Below, in pieces: positions 13,061 to 55,236 of a stretch of DNA of 64,000 bases (positions are counted from its first letter, which is position 1; every line of letters starts with the position of its first letter). The notes under the pieces are model-generated. The model saw only the letters and a program-made list of their open reading frames with translations. It had not been told where the DNA came from and did no database searches. The translations under genes and the position numbers were made by a program. This stretch comes from Salpingoeca rosetta (Eukaryota; Protista; Choanoflagellata), in the NCBI GenBank assembly GCA_033442325.1, contig JAWQFM010000021.1, positions 889,072 to 953,071 on the forward strand, in the 5' to 3' direction.

Positions 13061-16000
13061 GCCTCGCTGCCGTCACCAGTGACAACGTGGTCATTGTCAG
13101 CGACGAACGCTCCATCGCCATCGCCATCGTCATCATCATCACCAACAACATTCTTCTTGTCGTCATCATCGGCAGCACCATCCTCATCGTTGCTGTCGTG
13201 GTTGTTGTTGTTGTTGTTGTTGTGTTGGTCGCTAGCATCACCATCATCATTGTCGCCTTCGTCGCCATGCTGCTGCATCTTGATGAGCTCGCTGAAGATG
13301 TAGTTGTCGCCGTTCATCACCGTGTCCTCCGCCTCTTGCAGGGACGTCAGCAGCGACTCCGTCTGCGCACGGAAGCGCTTCTTGTTGGAGCTGTCCATCT
13401 TGTTGTAGGCAAACACGACCTTGGTGGAGAGCTGGCCGCCCTTGTCCTCGGCCATCTTCGAGCCACGGTATGCATCCAGCACAACCGGCAGCAGCTCGCG
13501 CACAACGCGGTCATCTTCGGACGGAATCACCACCGTCGTCGTGTCGGCGAGCAAGAAGGCCATGAGCGCAAACACGCCGTCACGGCGGTTGCTCACCTCC
13601 ATGTGCGTGAACTCGGGGGCGCGCACGCCCTCCGTGTCCAGCAGCAGCACGTAGTCGTACTTGTCTCGCCCCTTGCAGGGGATGAGCTGCATGTTCACGC
13701 CAATGGTGCAGCGCCCAACGCTAGCCTTGAGCCGCGTGCCGTACATGTGGTTGGCGGTGGTGGACTTGCCGCTGCTCTGTGGACCAAACATGCTGTGCAC
13801 CATCACTCGCGGCTTCACATCATGAGTGTAGCCACCTGGCTGCTGCTGCTGCTGCTGCTGCTGCTGGTATTGCGCTTTGAGCATCTCATCGAGCTGACCA
13901 AGCACAGCACCAACCCAGACCTCGTTGGCGCCCAGCGCATCGCCATCAAACAGCTCCAGTGGGTAGCCGTCCAGGATGTGCTGTGCGGCCAGCTTGGCCA
14001 GGCCAAGCTCGCACCAGCCGCTGGTGTAGATGTGGCCGATTTCGCGCCACACGTGGTCGAGGGTGACGTTGTAGTCATTGATGCTGGCGTTGGCGTCCAG
14101 GTACTGCTTGCGCAGCTCCGTGTCCTCGGGGTTCTTGTTGGAGGCTGTCTTGAGGCGGTCGACCTCCTCCTCCAGGTGCTTGAGCTGCTGGGAGCTCTTC
14201 AAGGCCAGGGCGCGCTGCAGCATGTAGAAGCCCACGACGCGGTCCTCGGAGCGCGGCAGCTGTGCAATCTCGAGCACCTGCTGCACGAGGGGCAGTTCGC
14301 ACTGTTGCTCAATGTGCTCGGCGCGGTGAAGGACCTCGCATTGAATCTGATCATCCATGTCCGACACGCTCCCCTTCCCCTTCTTGACGATGGGCACGTT
14401 CTTGCTGTGCTTGTGGTCGAAGGTTGAGCGCTGACGCTTGAAGCTCTCTTGCAGCACGAACGTGCGGCCTCGCTTGACAGAGAAGTCGTGCTCAATCTTG
14501 GGCAGTGGCGCCAGTTCCGCCACGTCGGGGAAGAGGTGGACGTGCTTGCAGCAGAGGTCGTACAGGTTCGGCCGCATGTCGCTGCCTGGTGGCGATGGAG
14601 AGACTGTGGCATCGCTGGTGTTGCTGCTGTTGGTGCTGGTGGTTGACGCGCTCATGCAGTCATCGGCGAGGTCTTGTTGCTCAAGCTCCTCCTGAAGTTT
14701 GGCTGTTGCCTTCACCAGTCGCTTCACCATCTTCTCGTTTGTCTTGGGATCGCGGAGTTGGCCACACACGACGTGGTGGTTGTCGTCCTTCTTGCTCTTG
14801 GGCGCATCACGCGCGTCGACCTTTGGATGCCAGGCATAGCAGCGCCGCTTGTCCAGGTCTGCGTTGAAGATGGGCTCACACTTGGCGTCGCCTGGGCTGC
14901 CCGGGTGTTCCAGGATGACAATGTCGGCAAAGTCGCGCAAGAAGCCCGGCCACAGCTCCTCGTAGTCGCCAATCACGTGCAGCACAATGCACGGGTGCGT
15001 GGTGGGCCGTTCGCCAAGCTCCTTGGTCCCCTGCTTCTGCTTGATGTAGCCAACGCCAACCTCCAACAGCGAGGCGTGCTGCGTCAGGGTGAAGTCTGTG
15101 CTCTTGTCCTTTTCGTGCAGGGAGTCGATGTGGAAGAGGTCCTTGAGCAGCTGCGGGGTGGACGTGGTGGCTGCGCGGTACTTGGACATGACCACGACGC
15201 GCAGGCACTCCGTGTCCGTGTAGGTGTTGACGGCGGGTGGGGTGGTCTTGGTCTCGAGGTTGGCAAACTGCAGCGCGCTGACGTGGTGCTTGTACGTGTC
15301 GCTGGCTTGCTCTGCGCTTGGGTCCTTGACCCAGATGGGGACGGCCGCGTGGCGCTCCAGCAGCTTCTCCACAAACATGCCGCGTGCCACGTCGTTGGGG
15401 AGGTCGCTCAGGTGCTGGAAGGAGCCATCGCACAGAGAGAGGTTGTGGCCAGGGACGATGGGCGGGATGGTGGGCGAAGGTGATCGACGGGGTGGGGACG
15501 AGCCATGCGTACGGCGTTGCAGGCGTGACTGCTGTTGCTGCTGTTGGAGAAGGATGTCGTTGACCATGATGGCTCGGCGTGAAGTGACGCATGGGAGGTC
15601 GCCATCGTCATCGTCATCACTGCCTTGGGTGTTGTCATCATCGACATTGTCTTCCCCGTCGTTTTGGACATTGCCGTCAGCGGCGCCATTCGCAGCGGCT
15701 TCATCGTCGTCGTCGTTGTCGTTCTCGTTGTCGCTGGAGTCGTCATCACTTGAATCATCATCATCTTGTTTGAGACGCTCCTCAATGAGGCGAGCAAACT
15801 TTGGTGGCAGGACGGGTTCGAAGCCGCGGGGGATGAGGTAGCCGATGTAGTCTGGCACGGCGCGTTCTGCGACGGATGTGTCCATGTCCATGGCCTGGAA
15901 GGGCTGGCAGCGTTGCTGGTTCTGCGGTGAGCCATTGTGAGCGGTGGCGGCCAGGTTGGAGGCGCTGCTTGTGGCGGCCGCCTGTGCTTGGCCGAGCAGG

Positions 16001-16164
16001 TTGCGGCGGCGGGTGGTGCCACGCATGCGGACGAACGATGCTGGGTTTTCGTTCTGCCATGGTCCAAGAAGGAGGCTGCGGCGAGAGCGGACTGGCACAT
16101 GGTCGCCATCATCGTCGCTGCTGGTGCTGTTCACCAGGACGCGACGGCGGCGGCCGTCAGCCAT
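10310..16164 (-). CDS. Very large inducible GTPase (VLIG/GVIN1/URGCP family), ~1,948 aa if the frameshift at ~12002-12009 is repaired; essentially intronless; may be a pseudogene
   Basis: Two overlapping minus ORFs (11935-16437, 10310-12001). Likely ATG at 16164 (MADGRRRR), just after a (CA)n tract. G1 MFGPQSSGKSTTANHMYG (~13759-13785), G2 VGRCTIG, G3 LLLDTEGVRAPE (~13627-13645), G4 NKMD (~13393-13404). Pre-G-domain motifs LDHVWREIGHIY and LAAQHILDGYPLELFDGDA...WV. C-terminal CGERCPWCGYPC...H...HDCSHQPSG. All are typical of VLIG-type GTPases. Confidence 0.85.
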
Positions 16165-16166
16165 TT

Positions 16167-16320
<154 letters not shown>

Positions 16321-16724
16321 TGTGTCGTATGGAGGGGGAAGATGTGGTGTGAGGTACTGTGTGTCGTATGGAAGGTGTGTGGGGTGCTTCCTAATAGTAA
16401 TGCGGAGTTCGCAGAGAAATGAACCAAGCCAACTCAAGTGCGCTGCTCATTGTGCGCGTGCGCGTGTGTGAAGTGGGTTGGTTGTGGTCGTGTGGTGTGA
16501 CACACAACAAAACCAAGGCAGGCAGAGCGTGTTGCTCATGGCTGTGTTGAGTCATCGTAGCTGCTGTCTCAACGAAAAAAAGGATGTGTCACAGTCACAT
16601 CGTGTCATGTCACATGTCACAACCAGCCAGTGGCAATCACTTCGTTTGCTTTTATTATGGTGTGTCAACAGTGGAGCTACACGAACTCATCCCCTTCCTC
16701 TCTCTTCCTTCTGTCTCATATCGG

Positions 16725-19276
<2,552 letters not shown>

Positions 19277-19349
19277 CGCCGTGCCGAAAATTGATAGAAT
19301 TCATCACCCATTTTTCCGTAACCACCACAAGCAAGACGACAGCACAGCC
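19277..19349. promoter_or_regulatory. Putative bidirectional promoter, 73 nt between the divergent ATGs of the TSP1-kinase and TRAX
   Basis: Minus-strand ATG at 19276 and plus-strand ATG at 19350; the spacer has an AT-rich core (GAAAATTGATAGAATT). Confidence 0.55.
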
Positions 19350-21288
19350 ATGGACACAAGCAGAGACAACGAGGAGCAGCGTAACTCCACTGCTGCTGCC
19401 ACTGCGACAGAGGCGCAGGCGACAGAGCAGCAGAAACCAGAGGCAAAGCAGGAGCACAAGCGCTACAGCGGTGGAGCAGGAAAGCGGAGGCCACACTCCC
19501 ATCACGAACAACGCCACGGTGCACGTCAGTCGTCACGCCGTGTCTCTGTGTGTTTGAGTGTGGATTATTGGCTTCTTACATGCGTACGCACACAGACACA
19601 CACACACACACATACAGACACACACACACAGAGACACACACAGACGCACTGCTCACTGGTGTGCGTGTGTGCATGCTTGGCGTGCATAGACGGCAAGCGG
19701 GCGAAAGCCGATCTCGATCCCAACAACCCGATGCTGCCACACTTTGTGGAGTATGCCAAGATCTTGACCGACAGGGTAATGTTGCTCAGCCACAAATGCG
19801 TGAGCCTGTTCGTGTGTTTGCTCTTGTGTCAAGCTTCCTACACCACGTGCGTCACACACACACACATACAGTCTCTCTCCCTTTCACGACACACACACAC
19901 ATACACACACACGCTTCCTGTATGATCTTGCCCCAACACTCTGAAACAACAGCAAGATCAGCGGGAGCGGCTGGTGAAGCTGAGCCGCGACGTCACCATT
20001 GCCAGCAAACGCGTCATCTTCCTCCTGCAGAGGTGCGATCCCATGTTCGCGCACACTCACGCAGTGGCAGCTATCAGTGCAGCCACCCACACATTGCATT
20101 GCGTGTTGCGTGCTTTTTCGAGCAGTCGTGCTCACCTCCGTCTGTTTCTCGCGCTGCCGATATTGCTGCTGATGCCGGCGCTGCTGTAATTGCGATGCGT
20201 GGTTGGCTGAAGGTACAATGGGACGAATGCGGAGACTCTGATTGCACAAGCCAATGAGAAGCTTGCGTCCATCCACGCAACCATCCGAGCCATTGCCAAG
20301 GAGTTGGATGGCACAGATCCAGCCATGCACCACAGAGCATACTCACCAGGTAACTGTGTGTGTATTTGTGTGCGTGTGTATGTGTGCGTGTATGTGTGTG
20401 TGTGTGGGGGGGGGGGACATTAAGCTTCCATGTCGAGGTTTCGCACCGACCCAAGAACCCTCCCTCCCCCAATGCTAGCAGCAACAGTGGTGTTCATGAA
20501 TTTGCGCTGCTCCATGCCACCATGCTGCCAGTCTCATGTCAACATCACATCCACGCTTCCCACGGCCTGCGCACCCCAAAAAGGCATGCAGGAGTACATT
20601 GAGGCAATCACCTTCATGGCATACATCAAGGATGGGTCGCTGCCATCACCAGAGGACATTGCAGCCCTCATTTTCGATGGCGCTGGCGACGATGATCCGC
20701 GCATGGCTATCGTGTCTACCGACTACATTCTCGGCATTGCCGATCTCACCGGCGAACTCGTACGTCGACCCGTGGTGGCGTGTGATTGTGTGTATGTGTG
20801 TGGTGTGTTGTGATGTGTGTGTGTGTGTATGTGTGTGTCGTGTGTGTGATATGTGTGTGAGGTGTTAGATGTGTGCAAAGCGTGTCGAAAGCTGCAGTCG
20901 TGAAACTGGCGGTGTACACCACTGACGCGCGAATCCACGCCAACGCCCCTCCACTTCGATTCAGATGCGGCTGTGCATCAACAACGCCACAGACAACACC
21001 ATCCCCTTTCAAATCTGCGAACGCATGCGTGACATCTACGAAGGTATGCTGCTGCTGCAGCAGCTGCTGATGGCGGTGGTGGCGGTGGTGTTGTTGGTAG
21101 TGGTGTTGTGTGTGTGTGTGTGTGTTGTGGTGATGGCGTTGGTGACGTGAATAAGCCCTGCAAGTCATGGTATGTGCACGTGTGCGTTTGAATGACAGGC
21201 TTTCTGTCCATTTCGCCCAAGATGCGTATGAAGGACTTTGAGAAGAAGATGGAGGTGATGGGAAACTCGCTCCGAAAAGTCGAAAAGA
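19350..21288 (+). CDS. TSNAX: Translin-associated factor X (C3PO nuclease subunit); last exon lost at the gap
   Basis: Spliced peptide QDQRERLVKLSRDVTIASKRVIFLLQR...AYSPGMQEYIEAITF...DYILGIADLTGELMRLCIN...KKMEVMGNSLRKVEK. The acidic catalytic set (QEYIEA, DLTGE) is intact, which indicates TRAX rather than translin. Confidence 0.9.
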
Positions 21289-21334
21289 GTGAGTTACTTG
21301 TGTGTGTGTGCGTTTATGTGTGAGTGCGTTTATG

Positions 21335-21421
<87 letters not shown>

Positions 21422-21930
21422 GTGTGTGTGTGTGTGTGTGANNNNNNNNNNNNNNNNNNNNNNNNNNNNNNNNNNNNNNNNNNNNNNNNNNNNNNNNNNN
21501 NNNNNNNNNNNNNNNNNNNNNNNNNNNNNNNNNNNNNNNNNCCTCCCCCTCTGCTACCGAGAGCATTGTGAGCGAAGTTACGTATTAATGACTGTGTTCA
21601 TCTTTGGATTCGTATGACTTCCCGCTCTCATACCGCACATCATCACAAATAATTATTTTATTCACTACTCTCCATTGTGCCTCTGCCCTCTCGACGTAAT
21701 CAGGAACACACACGTGATCAATATAAATATATATTTTTACGTTTCTATCCCGACCACTGTCCCTTCCTGTTCGCCTGTGATTGTTGTGAGTGAAAAAAAG
21801 AAAAAAAAAAAAAAGACACTGACGCAACCTACGCCCGTGTCTGCCTCTATATATATATGTATATATATATATCTATCTCTCTCACGCGCGCGCGCGCGCG
21901 CTCGATGGTGTGACACACACACACACACAC

Positions 21931-21983
<53 letters not shown>

Positions 21984-22050
21984 CCCCAAGACGCTGCACT
22001 CCACACGCCGACTATTGCCCCCCCCCCTCCTCACCACCTCCTTGGCACGG

Positions 22051-25749
<3,699 letters not shown>

Positions 25750-25885
25750 CTTGCCTTGGTTGCCAGTGAGCTCGTTCGCTGGCTCGGTTCACAGCACTCA
25801 ATCACACACGAACACTCCACTTCTGCGACACACAAAAACGACGTTTGCTTGCTTCTTGCTTGCTTGCTCAAAGTCAGGACGATTT
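25750..25885. promoter_or_regulatory. Putative bidirectional promoter between PPIL4 and PIKfyve
   Basis: Divergent start codons at 25749 (-) and 25886/25919 (+). Confidence 0.5.
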
Positions 25886-44775
<18,890 letters not shown>

Positions 44776-45119
44776 GAGTGGTGTGTGGTTTGATTATGGT
44801 TGCAGCAGCTGTGCATCTGCTTTCGCCTCCACACGTCGTTGCGACTGCGGGCTCCATCCCAACTTGTGTTATTTGTAACAATCGTTTTTTTTTTTTTGAT
44901 GTAAAACTTTAATGGTGTCGCTTGCCCCGGTGGTGGGGTTGCCCGCAAGCGACACGTCGTGGTTGCCAGATCAGTTGGAGAAGGCAGAAAGTACAATCGT
45001 TTATTTTCGCTTAGAACTCTTCCTCTCCTCTGTACACAAGAGTGGCATAGACGATATCAACGGCAATGTCATGCTTCGCAGCTGTACACCTGCACCAAAC
45101 ATGTATTTCACGAAAACAC

Positions 45120-45206
<87 letters not shown>

Positions 45207-45249
45207 TCGTGAGATTAACCGCTCTACTGTAGTTTCTGGACGCCACTTG

Positions 45250-45866
45250 TCACGGCCTAGCGGTGGAGACATCCTCCATCATGTCGACAACATCGCTGAC
45301 ATCGCCCTCTTCCATGCGCAGCAGGAGCAGCTGCTGCTGTTCTGGAGACAGCCCACATTCGCCGTCCCAGAACGCGCTCTTGTTTGATTTTGACATGGCC
45401 ACGCTCCTCTTCCATATGGCGCCTGCAAAACGCGCCAAAAGTGAATCACATGGGAAGGAATGAATAACATGAGCGCAAGCGACGCAACGCAAGATGATCA
45501 GGTGTGGCGAATTCATGATTTCTTGCATCCGTGCCGCAGTGGGCAGCGTGTTCAGGGACATATGCAGGGCAGGGCGACTTCGTGTCCACAAACGCACCGC
45601 ATCGGCCTTCGCAGATGGGACACGGTCGCAGCATGGCAAAGCCGCCGCACTCTTCACAGCCCGGAGACCAGTGCTGCTGAAACCAGCAAGCGCCACACCT
45701 GTACGCAGATTACAGAAATGCGTGCCGTGTGAATTGAGTGCGAGGTGTTGAGGTAAAGGAAACAAGTGCGTACAACCAGAAGATAAACGAAGGAGCAAGG
45801 CAAGGATGAGGGAGCAGCGCGACACAAAACAACAAACCCAAGCCTGTGCAGGTGCAACCCCTTTCA

Positions 45867-45925
<59 letters not shown>

Positions 45926-46245
45926 CACACACGCACACCACACACGCACACACACACAGACACACGCACACACACACACACACAAACACGAACAAACAAA
46001 CAAACAAACGCAGAAACACACAACACGTACGTTGTGCATGTTTGGTGCCAAGCTTTGTACTCTGACGAAGACAGCAACTGCGAGACCTGCTCCTTTGTGT
46101 GTGCTTCCCCTTCCTCCTTGTACTCCTTCATTGTCAAGAAAGGCCCAAGCCGTGCACCACGCGGAGGCTGTGATTGTTGGTGTGGTTGTTGGTGGGGTTG
46201 GTGGTGGGGTTGGTGGTGTGCATCGTCGTCTCCGCGCACGTCCAT
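45250..46245 (-). CDS. Pinocchio-like small Cys-rich (Zn-binding) protein, 3 exons
   Basis: Exons 46245-46031, 45698-45598 and 45422-45250 splice in phase to ...WHQTCTTCGACWFQQHWSPGCEECGGFAMLRPCPICEGRCGAIWKRSVAMSKSNKSAFWDGEC. This matches my recollection of the Drosophila Pinocchio pattern C-x-T-C-G-x-x-W...C-x-E-C-G-G...R-P-C-P-x-C-x-G-x-C-G-x-x-W-K-R...A-x-W-x-G-x-C. Confidence 0.75.
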
Positions 46246-46298
46246 TGTTGGCGATTCGTGAGTGTGATGGTTGATTTTCTTCAGCACAACGGAAAGCG
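46246..46298. promoter_or_regulatory. Putative bidirectional promoter between the pinocchio-like and MRH-lectin genes
   Basis: Predicted ATGs at 46245 (-) and 46299 (+), 53 nt apart; contains TTGATTTTC. Confidence 0.4.
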
Positions 46299-51959
<5,661 letters not shown>

Positions 51960-52114
51960 CGTGAAGGATGTGCGTACATGTTGCATGATGGCGACTACAT
52001 GATTTGATGCTGTACACGTGATTGCCATCACGTTGCGGGTTACGTGCACGTATGTATTCGTCCTTTGTGCGTGCGTGCGCGCGCGCGTGTGTGTGCGTGT
52101 GTGTGTGTGTGTGT

Positions 52115-52225
<111 letters not shown>

Positions 52226-52524
52226 TACTTGATGTGTAGCAGCAGAGTGGCGGAGATGTTTCTTTTACTTGATGGGGAAAAGGTCCAATAAATGACACGT
52301 ATACAGTGATCGATTAGCGCGGCGTCATGTGTACAACAATGAACGAATGACTCACACAGCCGGGTTGATGGCAAGCTGGTGCCACATCTCGTGCACCTGA
52401 ACAAGAAGCCACACATCACACTGCACACATGCGAGTGAGTGCAAGCGCCTGGTCAAAGCGTGGATATCCAAAACACAACACAAACGATAAAACATGCAAA
52501 GTAAACAAATACAGCCAATGGCCG

Positions 52525-52613
52525 TCACGCCCCCTCGCAATTGATGACACAGCATCCACAATTGATGGATTCCCCAAGCTGGCACGTGCACCCATCGCCA
52601 GACCTGTGTGTAC

Positions 52614-52694
<81 letters not shown>

Positions 52695-52980
52695 GGAAAT
52701 GGATGGTGGCAGTGGGTCAAGGAGGAAGGTCGTGCATGAAGTTGCACACTCAACAGCATGCAAAGCAACTCACCCGCAACAGTTCCCACACGACGGGCAA
52801 CAATCGCCTGCAAAGGAATAAAAAGTGCAGCAGTTTGGTTGTTGTCAATGAGTGATGACACGTGCAGAACACGTTGTTGCACAGTCAACCACACGAATGA
52901 ACGGGTGGAAACAAACAATGAACGCATCCCAGTTACACAAAGTGAGAGAGGCACGCACACAGACACACACGCACGCACGC

Positions 52981-53047
<67 letters not shown>

Positions 53048-53387
53048 CACGCATGCACGCACGCACCGCAGCCAAAGCATGACCCGCATCCCCCTGCACG
53101 ACAGCATAAAAAGGAAGCGTCATGCAGTGCAAGTACAATGCAGCGTGAGCGCAGCGCACAAAAGCAAAAGCAAAGCAATGCATGGAGGTCAGAGGACAGC
53201 AGGGGTAATCAATTGCTCTCGTTCACCCACCAAGGGAAAAGTTGGCTGGATTCGGAGCTCGTGACGGCTAATGATGTTGTTCACATGCGCATGCACACAG
53301 AAATTCATGAGTGCAGGCATCGCGGAGAGTAAATGCTGCTGCAAGCACGCACGCACTGCACACACACGCACGCACATACACGCATTG

Positions 53388-53418
<31 letters not shown>

Positions 53419-54379
53419 CTGTGCTGGGCTGCCGCAGCAGGCTCCGCTGTCCGTCGCACCACAGCAGAAGCACGCTACGCCAGAGTCGATATGCAAACAC
53501 AGAAAGAGCAAGGGAGACGTCACTAGAATGCGCGCTGCCAACACAAGCATAAGTCACGGAGAAGCAATGACCAATAGTCGATACAAGAGCCCCCTTCACC
53601 ACACCAGAGTGCGCGTACCTTGTAGCGCAGTCAGTACGGAAGCCAGACACCCGCGCAATCCCTCGGAGCAATCACCACAGGAAGGCAGCGTGCACTGGCA
53701 GCACCATGACGCCGACCCAGCCTCCTGTTCACACGTCAAAAAGTACATGAGTAACACGAGATACAAGAGCATGAGAAAACGCAGCGGGAATGATGCTTTG
53801 TGCTCGCACACACACACACACACACACACATACACACAAACACTCTCGTGCATCCATTCATATCAGCGCGCACGCTTCACAACACCATCATCATCAACGT
53901 CAACCCACACACACACTCACACCCAAACCCACACCCACGCACACACCAACCACACACACACACACACACACACCAACCACACACATAAGCACACTGTCTC
54001 ACCCTCCCCCCAAATATGCCCTCTCACCCCAACTCAAACAACACACCTCCGAGTCTGTGCAAGCGTTGTACTTGGCGCAGAGGAACCAAACACCCAACAC
54101 CAAGGCAATCCATCCTGCGATGGCCAGGACGATGATGGCAGCCAATGGTATCGGCAAGTCACCATGGCTGTCGGTGGTGTTTGCAAACGGCGACTCTGTT
54201 GTTGTCGCTGCTCGACGAAACACCACCCTTGCCCCTTGTTGCTGCCGCCGCTGCTGCTGTGGCTGTGCAGCTGCCTCTTGTGGCGTGTCACCCACCTCCG
54301 CTGATGTGCATTCTGTCTCGACAACACCTGCCGCAAACACAGCCACCACCATCACCAACCACAACAACCTTCGCCACAT
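52525..54379 (-). CDS. Single-pass type I membrane protein with a Cys-rich cytoplasmic tail (unknown family)
   Basis: Signal peptide MWRRLLWLVMVVAVFAAG and TM PLAAIIVLAIAGWIALVLGVWFLC. Five small in-phase exons follow: EAGSASWCCQCTLPSCGDCSEGLRGCLASVLTALQ|ACFCCGATDSGACCGSPAQ|PSRAPNPANFSL|GDCCPSCGNCCG|SGDGCTCQLGESINCGCCVINCEGA*. Confidence 0.65.
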
Positions 54380-54504
54380 CTTCGCTGCTTCTTGGTTTTG
54401 TTTGGTTTGTTTCCGTTGTCGAAGTGCTGAAATTAACTGGAAGATTTTAGTGATTGTTCCAGAAGCCGAGTGTTTGGTGCCGCTCAAAATTCAAAATTCA
54501 CCAG

Positions 54505-54669
<165 letters not shown>

Positions 54670-54672
54670 GTC

Positions 54673-55196
54673 ATGGAAGAGAGGGGACTTGGCTTCGCTC
54701 ACCTGGCTGTGGGCTCGTGGCTTTCCGAGCACCAAGAAGAAGAGGAGCAACGGAAACGCGAGAGAATCATGGCGATGTATGGAATACAGCAAGGGGACAT
54801 GGAAAGCAGCCCCGATTTCAACAAGCAAACCTGCCAACAGCATCCGTACCAGCTCAGCCCAATCTTGGAATCCCCAGCATCCTCTTCCTCGAACGCCATC
54901 GTGTTGGCAGAGGGTGGCTCGTTCATCGCCTCCCCGAGCACATGCCAGCAACAGCAGCTCGGCCCTGCCCCTTTCCCAGTGTCGCCGATCCAGTCACCTC
55001 CAGAGAAGCAGACCCACCGCAAAGGCCGCGCCCCGCTCTCCGACATCCGCAACACCAGCAACGCAAATGCTAATCGCCTTGACCAGCACTCTCCTCATCT
55101 GCAGCTGCCTTCGCCAGGGTTTGCCCGACACAAGGGATTGATGGCCACGTCTTCCCCCGGAAAATATCTGCGGTCCTCTCCCTTGTGCAAGCAGAT

Positions 55197-55236
<40 letters not shown>

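Noticed and set aside
10628-14427. Long plus-strand ORFs (622 aa and 792 aa)
   Set aside because: Antisense shadows of the high-GC3 GVIN coding frame; V/L/H-rich with no recognisable motifs.
21542-21600. Post-gap sequence as the TRAX terminal exon
   Set aside because: The expected conserved end (Y...VRGSE-like) is not visible, and the frame cannot be fixed across the gap.
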